Part shown: piece by piece, positions 1 through 10,285 of the stretch
How the letters are laid out: each line of letters starts with the position of its first letter
Position numbering within the stretch: the stretch's first letter is position 1
Assembly: GCA_036556965.1 (NCBI GenBank)
Contig: DATBIO010000144.1
Coordinates: 1 to 50,300 of the forward strand
Source of the DNA: Vicinamibacteria bacterium
Lineage (GTDB): Bacteria > Acidobacteriota > Vicinamibacteria > Fen-336
DNA length: 50,300 bases
Direction of reading: 5' to 3'
Position numbers and translations under genes: made by a program
The notes under the pieces: generated by a model
Database searches by the model: none
What the model saw: only the letters and a program-made list of their open reading frames with translations
What the model was told of the DNA's origin: nothing

Positions 1-1007
1 TGCTGCAGGACCCCTCCGCCTACCAGAAGCTGGCCCGCGAGGCCAAGGACCTCACGCCGCTGGCCGAGGGCTACCGCGCGTACAAGACGACGCTGGGCGA
101 GCTGGCCAAGGTGCAGGAGATGATCCGCACCGAGGACGACCCCGAGCTGCGCGAGATGGCCCACGAGGAGCTGCGCACGCTGGAGTCGCGGCGGGAGGAG
201 CTGGAGGAGCGGATCCGCCTGCTGCTGGTGCCCAAGGACCCCAACGACGAGAAGAACGTCCTCCTGGAGATCCGGGCCGGCACCGGCGGCGAGGAGGCGG
301 CGCTGTTCGCCGCCGAGGTCTTCCGCATGTACCAGCGCTACGCGGAGCTGCAGCGCTGGAAGATGGACGTGGTGTCCATCACCCGTGCCGGCCAGGGCGG
401 CATCAAGGAAGTGATCGCCATGGTGGAGGGCGACCGCGTGTACTCGAAGCTGCGCTTCGAGAGCGGCGTCCATCGAGTACAGCGCGTCCCGGCCACGGAA
501 GCCGCCGGGCGGATCCACACCTCCGCGGTGACGGTGGCGGTGCTGCCCGAGGCCGAGGAGGTGGACGTCAAGATCGAGGCCAAGGACCTGCGCATCGACA
601 CCTTCTGCTCCTCCGGCCCGGGCGGGCAGAGCGTGAACACCACCTACTCGGCGGTGCGCATCACGCACCTGCCCACCAACACGGTGGTGTCCTGCCAGGA
701 CGAGAAGAGCCAGATCAAGAACCGCGAGAAGGCCATGAAGGTGCTGCGCGCGCGCCTCTTCGAGGTGGCCCTGGCCGAGCAGCAGAACCAGATCGCCTCC
801 GAGCGGCGCAGCATGGTGGGCAGCGGCGACCGCAGCGAGAAGATCCGCACCTACAACTTCCAGCAGGACCGGGTCACCGATCACCGCATCGGCCTCACCC
901 TGCACCGCCTTCAGGAGGTCCTGGACGGCGACCTGGAGGAGATCGTGGGCAGCCTCATCGCCCATCACCAGGCCGAGAAGCTCAAGGGGCTGAAGCCCGC
1001 CGTCTGA
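1..1007 (+). CDS. prfA: Peptide chain release factor 1, 5'-truncated by the window edge
   Basis: Frame +3 is open from the window edge ([17 protein letters not shown]...). RF1 hallmarks are present: the PAT tripeptide ([17 protein letters not shown]) and GGQ ([12 protein letters not shown]). Stop TGA at 1005-1007. Confidence 0.95.
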   Translation, partial: LQDPSAYQKLAREAKDLTPLAEGYRAYKTTLGELAKVQEMIRTEDDPELREMAHEELRTLESRREELEERIRLLLVPKDPNDEKNVLLEIRAGTGGEEAALFAAEVFRMYQRYAELQRWKMDVVSITRAGQGGIKEVIAMVEGDRVYSKLRFESGVHRVQRVPATEAAGRIHTSAVTVAVLPEAEEVDVKIEAKDLRIDTFCSSGPGGQSVNTTYSAVRITHLPTNTVVSCQDEKSQIKNREKAMKVLRARLFEVALAEQQNQIASERRSMVGSGDRSEKIRTYNFQQDRVTDHRIGLTLHRLQEVLDGDLEEIVGSLIAHHQAEKLKGLKPAV

Positions 1008-1017
1008 CCGGGCCGGC

Positions 1018-1755
1018 GTGGACCACCCCCAGCGTGTCGTGGCGCTCGGCGCCAGCAACCTCACCCGCGGCCTTCCCGCCCTGCGGGCCACGGCGCGCGA
1101 GAGCTGGGGTCCCGCGGTCGAGGTGATGGCTGCCCTCGGCCTCGGCCGCTCCTACGGCATGCCGAGCACCGTCGCCTTCCGGCGGCTGCCCGGCATCCTC
1201 GACTGCGGGCTGTGGGCGGCGCTGGAGGGCCGGCCGGCCCTGCGCACGCGGGCGCTGGTGACCGACGTCGGCAACGACATCCTGTACGGGGCCGACGCCC
1301 CTCTCGTCCTCGACTGGGTGGAGGCCTGCGTGACGCGCCTGCAGCGCTTCACGGACGACATCGTCGTCACGGACCTGCCGCTGGACAGGATCCGCCGGCT
1401 CTCCCGGGCGGCGTTCCTGTTCTTCCGCACGCTCTTCGTGCCCGCCTGTCGCCGGTCCTTCGAGGACGTCCTGCGCACCTCCGAGCAGGTGGTGGACGGC
1501 CTGCGAGACCTCGCCCGGCGCCGCTCGGCGCGCCTCGCACCCTTGCGGCCCGAGTGGTACGGGCTGGACCCCATCCACATGCGGCCCCGGCGGTGGTCCG
1601 AGGCCTGGCGCGAGATCCTGGGCGCGCCGGGCCCGGGCCGGGTCCGGCTCAAGGACGCGGTGCGGCTGCATAGCGCGTGGCCCGAGCGGCAGTGGCTGCT
1701 GGGCGTGGAGCGGGCCACGGCGCAGCCCGCGCGGGAGGGCCTTTGGCTCTACTGA
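1018..1755 (+). CDS. Hypothetical protein, SGNH/GDSL-hydrolase-like by motifs
   Basis: 245-aa ORF with a GTG start. SGNH-type blocks are visible by eye: block I ALGASNLTRG, block III VTDVGNDILYG, block V GLDPIHM. Composition looks like a real protein rather than the Arg/Pro-rich shadow ORFs. Family call rests on motifs only. Confidence 0.6.
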   Translation: MDHPQRVVALGASNLTRGLPALRATARESWGPAVEVMAALGLGRSYGMPSTVAFRRLPGILDCGLWAALEGRPALRTRALVTDVGNDILYGADAPLVLDWVEACVTRLQRFTDDIVVTDLPLDRIRRLSRAAFLFFRTLFVPACRRSFEDVLRTSEQVVDGLRDLARRRSARLAPLRPEWYGLDPIHMRPRRWSEAWREILGAPGPGRVRLKDAVRLHSAWPERQWLLGVERATAQPAREGLWLY

Positions 1756-2597
1756 CGGCGGACGCCCTCCTCGTCCGCGCGTCGCGGCGCCTGGCCGAGG
1801 CCGGCGTGCGCGATCCCGGCCTCGACGCGGAGCGGCTGCTGCGCCACGTGCTGGGCTGGGACCGGGGCACGCTCGTCCTCCGCGGCCATGAGCTCCTCCC
1901 GGACGACGCCGCCGGCCGCTTCGAGTCCCTGGTGGCCGCCCGTGCCCGCCGCCGGCCCTTGCAGCACCTCACCGGCGTGCAGGCGTTCTGGAAGCACGAC
2001 TTCGAGGTGTCGCCGGACGTGCTGATCCCGCGCCCGGAGACGGAGCTGCTCGTGGAGACCGCCCTCGCGCGGCTGAGCGGGGTGGCCGCGCCCCTGGTGG
2101 TGGACGTGGGGACGGGCAGCGGGTGCATCGCGGTGTCGCTGGCCGCGGAGCGCGCGGACGCGGAGGTCCACGCCACCGACCTGTCCGCCGCGGCCCTCGT
2201 GGTGGCACGGCGCAACGCGGCACGCGCCGGCGTCGCCGTCCGCTTCCACCAGGGCGACCTGCTGGCGCCCGTGGCCGCCCTGCAGGGGCGGGTCCACCTC
2301 GTCGCGTGCAACCCGCCCTACGTGGGAGAGGTCGACGAAGCCACGCTTGCCCCCGAGGTCCGCGATCACGAGCCGCGCCTCGCTCTCTTCCCGCCCGAGG
2401 GGCGGCAGGCGCTGTACGCGCGGCTGGCGCGGGAGTCGGCGGTCGCCTTGCGGGCGGGGGGCGCCCTCGTGGTCGAGGTGGGCTTCGGGATGGCCGACGA
2501 GGTCGCCGCCCGGTTGGCCGCCACGGGCCTGGTGGACGTCGAGAGCCGGCCCGACCTGGCGGGAATCCCCCGCGTCGTTTCCGCCCGCCGGCCGTAG
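1743..2597 (+). CDS. prmC: Release factor glutamine N5-methyltransferase (HemK/PrmC)
   Basis: NPPY motif (VACNPPYV), SAM-binding VVDVGTGSG, and a typical N-terminus ...DPGLDAERLLRHVLG. The start is uncertain. The track start GTG 1677 overlaps the upstream ORF by 79 nt; in-frame GTG 1692 and TTG 1743 are alternatives. I list 1743. Confidence 0.88.
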   Translation: MALLTADALLVRASRRLAEAGVRDPGLDAERLLRHVLGWDRGTLVLRGHELLPDDAAGRFESLVAARARRRPLQHLTGVQAFWKHDFEVSPDVLIPRPETELLVETALARLSGVAAPLVVDVGTGSGCIAVSLAAERADAEVHATDLSAAALVVARRNAARAGVAVRFHQGDLLAPVAALQGRVHLVACNPPYVGEVDEATLAPEVRDHEPRLALFPPEGRQALYARLARESAVALRAGGALVVEVGFGMADEVAARLAATGLVDVESRPDLAGIPRVVSARRP

Positions 2598-2657
2598 CGC
2601 GGCCGGCAACCGCCTGCCGTTGCCGGGTCCGGGGGTCCGTGCTATCTCGTAGCCACC

Positions 2658-5093
2658 GTGGCCGGCCTTCTGCGAGACGCGCGCTTCGGCCTTCGGCTCC
2701 TGCTCAAGAGCCCCTCCTTCTCGGCCGTCGCCGTCCTGACCCTGGCCGTGGGCATCTCCGCCACGACCACCGTCTTCAGCGTGGTGCACGCCGTCTTCCT
2801 GGCCCCCCTCCCCTACCGCGAGCCCGATCGGCTGGTCATGGTCTTCACGCGCATGGACGGTGCGCGGTTCCTGAGCGACGCCGGCGACTACGCGCGATGG
2901 AAGGGCCACGCGGCCGCCTTCGAGGACCTCCAGGCCTGGACGCTGAGGAGCGTGAACCTGGCGGTGGATGAGCGTCCCGCGCACGTCGAGGCCGGCGTGG
3001 CCACCCCGGGACTGCTGGCCTTGATCGGCCTGGGCCATCCGCTCGCGCTGGGCCGCGACTTCCTCGCCGAGGAAGGCACCGTCGGCAGGGAGCAGGTCGC
3101 GATCCTCAGCCATCGGCTGTGGCAGGAGCGCTTCGGAGGAGACCGCCGCATCGTCGGGCGCGCAATCCGCATCGACGGCAAGCCCCATACGGTCGTAGGC
3201 GTGCTGGGCGAGGGAGCGGCCGATCGCCACCAGGCCCGGCTCTGGATGCCCCTGGCCCCCACGCCCGAGCAGCTCGGAGCGGAGGTGCCGGACCTGCGCC
3301 ACTACGTCGCGGGACGATTGCGGTCCGGGCTGACGGTCGAGCAGGCCCATGCGAGCATGGACGCCCTCACCCGGCGCCTGGCCGAGGCGGCTCCGGCGCG
3401 GGCCAAGGGAAGGACCGCGAGCGTGGAGCCCGTCCGGAACAGCCTCCTCGCCGGCGACACCAAGACCGCCATCCGGCTGCTGTTCGGCGCGGTCGCCCTC
3501 GTGCTCCTCATCGCGTGCGCCAACGTGGCGAACCTGCACCTCGCGCGGGCGACCGCCCGGCGGCGCGAGCTGGCCCTCCGCACCTCGCTCGGCGCCTCCC
3601 GGAGCGCCCTCGTGCGCCAGCTCCTGACCGAGAGCCTGCTGTTGGCGCTGGCGGGCGGCGGGCTGGGCATCGTTCTCGCCTTGCCGCTGCTGCGGACCTT
3701 CGTGGCCCTGCTGCCGGCGGGAGCGCTGCCCGTGGAGGCGGACGTCCGGCTGAGCGTGCCCGTGCTGCTCTTCACCCTCGCCGTCTGTGTGCTCTGCGCC
3801 TTGCTGTTCGGCTGCGCGCCCGCGTGGCGAGCGTCCCGGGTGGACGCGAACGACGCGCTGAAGGCCGCGGCCCCCTCCCTGGACCCCGGGCGCGACCGCC
3901 TCCGCCGCGCGCTCGTGATCGGGGAGTGCGCTCTGGCCCTCACCCTGCTGGCGGCAGGCGGCCTCGTCGTGCGGGGCCTCGTCGAGCTGGCGCGGGTGGA
4001 CCTGGGGTTCCGGACCGAGCGGCTGCTCACCTTCTCGCTGCCCGTCCCCGAGGAACGGCTGGCGGGAACGGAGCGGATCGTTGCCTTCTACCGGGAGATG
4101 GCGGGTCGCCTCGAGTCCATTCCCGGCGTGCAGTCCGTGTCCATCTCCGCGACCCTGCCCATGCACGCGTTCGGCTTCGCGGTCATGACGTTCGACGTCG
4201 TCGGCGCGCCCGCGGAAGATCCCTCCCAGCGGCGCCGGGCGCGCCTGAACGTCGCGAGCCCTGGGTACTTTGCGACGTTCGGCATTCCGCTGGCGCGGGG
4301 ACGCCCGCTGGGCGAGCAGGACCGCGCGGGCGCCTTCCCCGCCGCGGTCGTGAACGAAGCCTTCGTCGAGGAGTTCCTGCCCCACGGCGATCCGTTGGAG
4401 CAGCGCCTGGCCATGAAGCAGCTCCTCCCCGGGGGGGAGCTGGGGCCGCTGGTGGAGTGGCGGGTGGTGGGCGTGTCCCGCGACGTGCGCAACGCCGACC
4501 CCCGGAGCAGGCCGGTCCCGGAGATCACGCTGCCCTTCGCGCAGAACCCGTGGCCGGCAGCCACCGTCGCGTTGCGCACCGCCGGCGATCCCGGGAGCGT
4601 GCCCCCGAGCGCCGCGGCCGCCATCCGCGCCCTGGACCCCGACCTGCCGATGGCCGACCTGAGGACCATGGCGCAGGTCGTCGCCGGCACGACGGCGGAC
4701 GACCGGTTGAACGGGGCGCTGTTCGGCGGATTCGCCCTGGTGGCGCTCCTTCTCGCCGCCGGGGGCGTCTACGGCGTCCTGTCGTTCGTGGTCGCCCAGC
4801 GCACGCGCGAGATCGGGCTGCGCATGGCCCTGGGCGCGGGCCGCGGGCGGATCCTGCGCGACGTCGTGCGGGAAGGCATGGGCGCCGCCCTGCTCGGCAC
4901 CGCGCTGGGGTCGGTCGGGGCCTGGCTCGCGGCCCGCACCCTGCGCGGCCTGGTCTACGGGGCGGGGATCATGGACCTGGGTCTCTTCGTGGTCGTCGCC
5001 CTCATCCTGCTCGCCGCGGCCCTCCTCGCCTGCGCGGTGCCCGCCCGGCGCGCCGCCGCGGTGGACCCCATGGCGGCCCTCCGGCAGGAGTAG
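2658..5093 (+). CDS. Duplicated FtsX/MacB-type ABC transporter permease (ADOP-like, orphan)
   Basis: 811 aa with a GTG start. The N-terminus [57 protein letters not shown] matches the ADOP/MacB-permease signature. There are two FtsX-like 4-TM halves, each preceded by a large extracytoplasmic domain. No ATPase gene is adjacent. Confidence 0.85.
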   Translation: MAGLLRDARFGLRLLLKSPSFSAVAVLTLAVGISATTTVFSVVHAVFLAPLPYREPDRLVMVFTRMDGARFLSDAGDYARWKGHAAAFEDLQAWTLRSVNLAVDERPAHVEAGVATPGLLALIGLGHPLALGRDFLAEEGTVGREQVAILSHRLWQERFGGDRRIVGRAIRIDGKPHTVVGVLGEGAADRHQARLWMPLAPTPEQLGAEVPDLRHYVAGRLRSGLTVEQAHASMDALTRRLAEAAPARAKGRTASVEPVRNSLLAGDTKTAIRLLFGAVALVLLIACANVANLHLARATARRRELALRTSLGASRSALVRQLLTESLLLALAGGGLGIVLALPLLRTFVALLPAGALPVEADVRLSVPVLLFTLAVCVLCALLFGCAPAWRASRVDANDALKAAAPSLDPGRDRLRRALVIGECALALTLLAAGGLVVRGLVELARVDLGFRTERLLTFSLPVPEERLAGTERIVAFYREMAGRLESIPGVQSVSISATLPMHAFGFAVMTFDVVGAPAEDPSQRRRARLNVASPGYFATFGIPLARGRPLGEQDRAGAFPAAVVNEAFVEEFLPHGDPLEQRLAMKQLLPGGELGPLVEWRVVGVSRDVRNADPRSRPVPEITLPFAQNPWPAATVALRTAGDPGSVPPSAAAAIRALDPDLPMADLRTMAQVVAGTTADDRLNGALFGGFALVALLLAAGGVYGVLSFVVAQRTREIGLRMALGAGRGRILRDVVREGMGAALLGTALGSVGAWLAARTLRGLVYGAGIMDLGLFVVVALILLAAALLACAVPARRAAAVDPMAALRQE

Positions 5094-5160
5094 TCCATGC
5101 GTGCCCCCTCCCCGTGGAGGCCCCTGCACCTGGGCGGCGCCTCGCACTAGACTGAGAAGA

Positions 5161-6471
5161 GTGGAAAAGATCAGGGTCGTCGGGGGCAGGCCCCTGGAAG
5201 GCACCGTGCGCATCTCCGGGGCCAAGAACGCGTCGCTGCCCGACGTGTGCGCGGCCATCCTCTCCGACCAGACCGTCACCCTGCGCAACGTGCCCGAGGT
5301 GCGCGACATCCGCACCATGGGCCGGGTCCTCGCCTCCATGGGGGTGGAGGTCGAGTTCGGCGTGGGCGGCGTGGTGAACCTCCGCGCGGCGCGGCTGACC
5401 TCGGTGGAGGCCACCTACGACCTGGTGAAGACCATGCGCGCCTCCGTCCTGGTGCTGGGGCCCCTGGTGGCCCGCGCCGGCCGCGCGCGCGTCTCCCTGC
5501 CCGGCGGTTGCGCCATCGGCGCGCGGCCCATCGACCTGCACCTGCGCGCGCTGGAGAAGATGGGCGCGCGCATCAAGGTGGAGTACGGCTACGTGGAGGC
5601 GGCCGCGGAGCGGCTGCGCGGGGCCGAGATCTCCTTCGACACCGTGACCGTGACGGGGACCGAGAACCTCATGATGGCCGCCTGCCTGGCCGAGGGCGAG
5701 ACGATCATCCGCAACGCGGCCCAGGAGCCGGAGATCGTGGACCTGGCCGACCTGCTCACCCGGATGGGGGCCCGCATCCAGGGGGCGGGCGGCCCCACCA
5801 TCCGCGTGGAGGGCGTGGACCGGATGCGCGGCGCGGAGCACTTCGTCATCCCCGACCGGATCGAGACGGGCACCTTCATGATCGCCTGCGCCATCGCGGG
5901 CGGCGACGTCGAGATCCGGCAGTGCTACCCCCCCCACCTGCGCGCGCTGATCGACAAGATGCGGGAGGTGGGGGTGCGCGTCGAGGAGGGGCCCGACAAC
6001 CTGCGCGTGCGCGCGCCGCGCACGGTGAAGGCCTCCGACGTGACCACCCTCCCCCACCCCGGCTTCCCCACCGACATGCAGGCCCAGTACATGGCCCTCA
6101 TGACCCAGGCCGCCGGCACCAGCGCCATCACCGAGAACATCTTCGAGAACCGCTACATGCACGTGGCGGAGCTGACCCGCATGGGGGCCGACATCCGCGT
6201 GGAGGGGCGCACGGCCATCGTCACCGGCCACACGCCCCTGACGGGCGCCCACGTCATGGCCACCGACCTGCGCGCCTCCGCCTGCCTCCTGCTGGCCGGC
6301 CTCGCCGCGGCCGGGGAGACGGTGGTGGACCGCATCTACCACCTGGACCGCGGTTACTACCGGATCGACGAGAAGCTGAGGGGCGTCGGCGCGGACATCG
6401 AGCGCGTGGACCGCGGCGGACAGCGCGCCACCGACATGCCCCCCGCTCTGGAGGCGGCCGCCGGCGAATGA
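5161..6471 (+). CDS. murA: UDP-N-acetylglucosamine 1-carboxyvinyltransferase
   Basis: (M)[26 protein letters not shown]... is a canonical MurA N-terminus and the similarity runs full length. I place the start at GTG 5161; the track ORF begins further upstream at 5101. The stop overlaps the mutY ATG (ATGA at 6468-6471). Confidence 0.95.
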   Translation: MEKIRVVGGRPLEGTVRISGAKNASLPDVCAAILSDQTVTLRNVPEVRDIRTMGRVLASMGVEVEFGVGGVVNLRAARLTSVEATYDLVKTMRASVLVLGPLVARAGRARVSLPGGCAIGARPIDLHLRALEKMGARIKVEYGYVEAAAERLRGAEISFDTVTVTGTENLMMAACLAEGETIIRNAAQEPEIVDLADLLTRMGARIQGAGGPTIRVEGVDRMRGAEHFVIPDRIETGTFMIACAIAGGDVEIRQCYPPHLRALIDKMREVGVRVEEGPDNLRVRAPRTVKASDVTTLPHPGFPTDMQAQYMALMTQAAGTSAITENIFENRYMHVAELTRMGADIRVEGRTAIVTGHTPLTGAHVMATDLRASACLLLAGLAAAGETVVDRIYHLDRGYYRIDEKLRGVGADIERVDRGGQRATDMPPALEAAAGE

Positions 6472-7550
6472 CGGCGAGGCCGCCCGCGGGCCTCCAGCCC
6501 CGGCTGCTCGCGTGGTACGGGCGCAACAAGCGCCGCCTTCCCTGGCGCGAGAGCCGCGACGCCTACCGCGTGTGGGTCTCGGAGGTGATGCTCCAGCAGA
6601 CCACGGTGGCCGTGGTGGCTCCCCGCTTCGAGGCGTTCCTCGAGCGGTTCCCCGACCTGGGCGCGCTGGCCGCCGCCCCCGAGGAACAGGTGGTGGCGGC
6701 GTGGTCGGGCCTCGGCTACTACCACCGCGCCCGCAACCTGCAGCGGGGCGCGCGCCACCTGGCCGAGCACCACTCCGGCCGCTTTCCCCGCACGCTGGAG
6801 GCGGCCCTGGCCGTGCCCGGCGTCGGCCTCTACACGGCCAGCGCCGTGCTCTCCATCGCCCACGGCGTCCCCCTGCCCGTGGTGGACGGCAACGTCCGCC
6901 GCGTGCTGGCCCGGCTCTTCGCGCTGCGGGGCCCGCGATGGCGGAAGGACGGGCCGTACTACAACCTCGCCGAGGAGCTGCTCGACCGCGATGCGCCCGG
7001 CGACTGGAACCAGGCGCTGATGGAGCTGGGCGCGACGGTGTGCACGCCGCGCGCGCCCCGCTGTCCGGCCTGCCCGCTGCGCGCGGCCTGCCGGGCCCGC
7101 GCGGAGGGCGCCCAGGAGGAGCTGCCGGAGGCGCGGGCGCGCAGGGCGCCGGTGGCGGTGACGGTGGCCGCCGCCGTGGTGGAGGAGGCGGGACGCTACC
7201 TCCTCGTCCGGCGGGCGCAGGGCCGCCTGATGGGCCGCATGTGGGAGCTGCCCCAGACCGCCCTGGAGTCGCGCGGCCGCACGGACCTCGAGCGGGAGCT
7301 CCGGGAGCGCCACGGGCTCGGCCTGCGCGCCGGTCCGCTGGTGGCGCGGGCCCGGCACGCGATCACCTTCCGGCGCATCCGCATCGAGGCCTATCGCGCG
7401 CGCCTGACCAGGGCCCTGCCCGACGACCCCGAGCGCTTCCGCTGGGCCACGCCGGCGGAGATGTCCCTTCTCCCCCTCTCGTCCATGACGGCCAAGGTCC
7501 TGCGCGGACTGGGGGCGCCCCAGCTGCCGCTGGCCCTGGACGGGGCGTGA
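6468..7550 (+). CDS. mutY: A/G-specific adenine DNA glycosylase
   Basis: [28 protein letters not shown]...[11 protein letters not shown]. Has the HhH-GPD region and a 4Fe-4S loop [17 protein letters not shown] (C-x6-C-x2-C-x5-C), plus a C-terminal NUDIX-like domain. This is the 3' part of track ORF 5247..7550. Confidence 0.9.
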   Translation: MTARPPAGLQPRLLAWYGRNKRRLPWRESRDAYRVWVSEVMLQQTTVAVVAPRFEAFLERFPDLGALAAAPEEQVVAAWSGLGYYHRARNLQRGARHLAEHHSGRFPRTLEAALAVPGVGLYTASAVLSIAHGVPLPVVDGNVRRVLARLFALRGPRWRKDGPYYNLAEELLDRDAPGDWNQALMELGATVCTPRAPRCPACPLRAACRARAEGAQEELPEARARRAPVAVTVAAAVVEEAGRYLLVRRAQGRLMGRMWELPQTALESRGRTDLERELRERHGLGLRAGPLVARARHAITFRRIRIEAYRARLTRALPDDPERFRWATPAEMSLLPLSSMTAKVLRGLGAPQLPLALDGA

Positions 7551-7975
7551 AGCGCGCCCTCCTCGCCTTCGCCCTCCTCCTGGCCGTGGCCGCCGGCCTG
7601 GCCCTGGCCCGATGGCCGCTCGTCACCGCCGTGGAAACGGGCGCCACCGCGCAGTACCCCGACCTCCAGCCCTGGTCCTATCCCGCGGGCGAGGAGGAGG
7701 TGCGCCGCGCCGCCACGCGGGCGGTGGAGAGGATCCGCGGCTGGCGCTTCGTGGGGTCGGGGCGCGGACCGTCGGGCGTGGAGCTGCGGGCCGTGCACAC
7801 CAACCCGCTTCCCTGGTTCGAGCAGGACGTGGTGGCCCGCATGCGGGCCCGGGGCGGCCGCACGGAGGTCCACGTGCGCTCGTCCTCGCGCCGCGCCCTG
7901 TGGGACCTGGGCCAGAACGCCCGCAATATCCGCGGCTTCAAGGCGGCGCTGGACGCGCAGCTCGCCGCCCGATAG
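7547..7975 (+). CDS. Small membrane-anchored protein, DUF1499-like (tentative)
   Basis: The GTG start sits in a GTGA overlap with the mutY stop. Has an N-terminal hydrophobic helix [20 protein letters not shown]. The C-terminal VHVRSSSRRALWDLGQNARNIRGF resembles the DUF1499 RS.SR.G..D.G.N..R signature as I recall it. Confidence 0.6.
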   Translation: MKRALLAFALLLAVAAGLALARWPLVTAVETGATAQYPDLQPWSYPAGEEEVRRAATRAVERIRGWRFVGSGRGPSGVELRAVHTNPLPWFEQDVVARMRARGGRTEVHVRSSSRRALWDLGQNARNIRGFKAALDAQLAAR

Positions 7976-8007
7976 GCCCCGGCGCGCGGTGTACACTAGG
8001 GCCCCTC

Positions 8008-8352
8008 ATGGCGGCGTGCCTGTTCTGCGAGATCGTGGCCGGCCGCGTGCCCGCCCGCCTGGTGGCGCAGGACGACGAGGTGGTGGCCTTCCACGACATC
8101 AACCCGCAGGCGCCCCACCACGTCCTCGTCGTCCCCCGGCGGCACATCGCGAGCCTGACCGAGCTCGCCCCCGGCGACGACGCGCTGGTGGGGCGGCTGG
8201 TGCGCAAGGCCAGCGAGATCGCGGCGGCGGAGGGCCTCGCGGAGCGGGGCTTCCGCGTGCTGTTCAACGCCGGCGAGGACGCGGGCTACAGCGTCTTCCC
8301 CATCCACCTGCACCTGGTCGGCGGCCGCAGGCTCGGCTGGCCCCCCGGGTAG
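8008..8352 (+). CDS. HIT-family (Hint-like) nucleotide hydrolase/transferase
   Basis: 114 aa: MAACLFCEIVAGRVPARLV...AFHDINPQAPHHVLVVPRRH... with the histidine triad HLHLVGG. ATG at 8008. Confidence 0.9.
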   Translation: MAACLFCEIVAGRVPARLVAQDDEVVAFHDINPQAPHHVLVVPRRHIASLTELAPGDDALVGRLVRKASEIAAAEGLAERGFRVLFNAGEDAGYSVFPIHLHLVGGRRLGWPPG

Positions 8353-8367
8353 AGCGAGGGAGCTGAG

Positions 8368-10278
8368 TTGAGCCAGACCGCCGCCCCCCCCGAGCCCACC
8401 GAGATCGCCGGGCGCTACCAGGTCGTCAAGAAGCTGGGCGCCGGCGCCTTCGGCACGGTCTACAAAGCGAAGGACAAGCTCCTGGGACGGATGGTGGCCA
8501 TCAAGACCATCCGCCTGGACAGCCTGGTGGCCTCCGGCGCCAGCGCGGAGGAGATGCTCGACCGCTTCAAGCGCGAGGCCATGGTCTCCGCGCAGCTCAA
8601 GCACCCGAACATCGTGACCATCTACGACATCGGCGACGCGCAGGGCACGAGCTACCTGGCCATGGAGTTCATCGACGGCGTGGGGCTGGAGAAGGTGATC
8701 TCCCAGACGGGACGGCTCCCCCTGGAGCGCGTGGCCCTGCTCGGCGCCCAGGTGGCGGACGCCCTGGACTTCGCCCACCAGCACCGGGTGGTGCACCGGG
8801 ACATCAAGCCCGCCAACATCATGATCGAGGCGGGGGACCGCGTGAAGGTCACCGATTTCGGGATCGCCAAGGTCACGGACTCCGCCGAGCACCTGACCAT
8901 GACGGGCAGCCTGCTCGGCACTCCCTCGTACATGAGCCCGGAGCAGGCGCGCGGCTCCGCGCTCGACGGGCGCAGCGACCTCTTCTCGCTGGGCTGCGTG
9001 ATCTACGAGATGCTGGCCGCGCAGAAGGCCTTCCGCGGCGACAGCATCACGGGGCTGATCTTCAAGATCATCACCGAGGACCCGATGCCCATCCGGGAGC
9101 TGGACCCCGGCGTGCCCGAGGAGATGGCGCGCATCGTGGGCAAGGCCCTGGCCAAGGCCCCCGAGGTCCGCTACCAGTCCGGGCGCGAGCTGCACGACGA
9201 CCTGCAGGCCCTCATGCGCGCAGGCTCCTCGCCCACCCTGCGGCAGACCGACGTGGCCACCGCCGCCGCCCCGCCCACCATCCTGGGCCAGACCCTCGGG
9301 GGCGCGGCCCCCACGCAGGTGGCGGGCAAGCAGGGCGTGCCCGCGCCTCCCATGGCCGCGCCCACCGTGCTCTCGCCGGCGCGCCCCGCTCCTCCGGCCT
9401 GGCCGGCGGCGCCACCCGCGCCCGCGTACGGTGCTCCTCCCCCCGCCGTCTCGGCGCCCGTGCCGCAGGCACCGCTCGCCGCGCCGCGGGCCGCCGCCGC
9501 GCGCCGCTCCAACACCGGCCTCCTCGTGGGCCTGGCCGTGGGCGGCCTCGTGCTGCTGCTCGTGGTCGGAGGGGCCGCGGTCTACCTCCTGCGAAGGCCG
9601 GCCGCGCCCGCGCCGGTGGCCGACGCGAGCCTGCCCCCGGCCGCCCAGGACGTGCCGGCCGTGGCCCCCCCGCCCGCGGAGCAGCCGGCCACCACGCCGT
9701 TCGGCCAGCCCGCCGCGCCGGCGGCGAACGCTCCCGCCGCCGACGTGGCCGTGCCGCCGGCGGCGCCCGCGTCCCGCGCGCCCGCGGCCGATCCGGGAGC
9801 CCGTCCCCCGGCCCCCGCTGCTCCCGAGCCGCGGCCGCAGCCCCCGGTGGCGGCCGACGCCGAGGCCGCGTTCCTCGACCAGACGCCGCCGAACCTGGAC
9901 GGCCGCGCCGCCGGCGAGCGCGTGGCCGGCACCTACCGGAACGAAGGGCCGAACACCAGCTTCGGGACCAGCCGCGGCCTGCGCGCGCGCGAGCGCTTCC
10001 CGGGCAACGCGACGGCCGCCGAGCGACGCGGCATCTTCGTGCTCCTCAACATGATGCACCTGCAGAACGTCTACCAGCGCAACAACGGACGCTACGGCAG
10101 CTTCGCGGACACGCTGCCCATGCGCGTGCCCAACCCCCGCTCCCTGCAGCGGAACGGCTACCGCTTCGACCTCACCGTGGAGTCGGACGGCTACCGGATC
10201 GTGGGCACGCCGATGGCCATGGGCCTGCGCGCGCTGGTGGGGGACGACAGCGGCTTCGTCCGCTGGGCGGACGACTAG
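8368..10278 (+). CDS. Membrane-spanning Ser/Thr protein kinase with an uncharacterised extracytoplasmic C-terminal domain
   Basis: Hanks kinase motifs: GAGAFGTVYKAKD, VAIK, HRDIKPANIM, DFGIAK, SYMSPEQ. These are followed by a Pro/Ala-rich linker, one TM helix (GLLVGLAVGGLVLLLVVGGAAVYLL), a second Pro/Ala-rich stretch and a ~90-130-aa globular tail. TTG start at 8368. Confidence 0.9.
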   Translation: MSQTAAPPEPTEIAGRYQVVKKLGAGAFGTVYKAKDKLLGRMVAIKTIRLDSLVASGASAEEMLDRFKREAMVSAQLKHPNIVTIYDIGDAQGTSYLAMEFIDGVGLEKVISQTGRLPLERVALLGAQVADALDFAHQHRVVHRDIKPANIMIEAGDRVKVTDFGIAKVTDSAEHLTMTGSLLGTPSYMSPEQARGSALDGRSDLFSLGCVIYEMLAAQKAFRGDSITGLIFKIITEDPMPIRELDPGVPEEMARIVGKALAKAPEVRYQSGRELHDDLQALMRAGSSPTLRQTDVATAAAPPTILGQTLGGAAPTQVAGKQGVPAPPMAAPTVLSPARPAPPAWPAAPPAPAYGAPPPAVSAPVPQAPLAAPRAAAARRSNTGLLVGLAVGGLVLLLVVGGAAVYLLRRPAAPAPVADASLPPAAQDVPAVAPPPAEQPATTPFGQPAAPAANAPAADVAVPPAAPASRAPAADPGARPPAPAAPEPRPQPPVAADAEAAFLDQTPPNLDGRAAGERVAGTYRNEGPNTSFGTSRGLRARERFPGNATAAERRGIFVLLNMMHLQNVYQRNNGRYGSFADTLPMRVPNPRSLQRNGYRFDLTVESDGYRIVGTPMAMGLRALVGDDSGFVRWADD

Positions 10279-10285
10279 CCGCTCT

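Noticed and set aside
1749-5414. 1221-aa minus-strand ORF spanning prmC, the permease and the murA 5' end
   Set aside because: It has Arg/Gly/Pro/Ala/His-rich low-complexity composition and is antisense to three genes with clear family signatures. This is a typical shadow ORF of a very GC-rich genome.
9240-9900. Possible tandem DNA repeat in the Pro/Ala-rich part of the kinase gene
   Set aside because: It is compositionally biased (GCC, CCG and GCG codons), but I could not find a repeating unit of fixed length. I treat it as a low-complexity linker rather than a repeat array.
7996-10059. 687-aa minus-strand ORF opposite the HIT and Ser/Thr kinase genes
   Set aside because: It has shadow-ORF composition (runs of G/R/A/H), while the plus strand carries unambiguous HIT and Hanks-kinase motifs.
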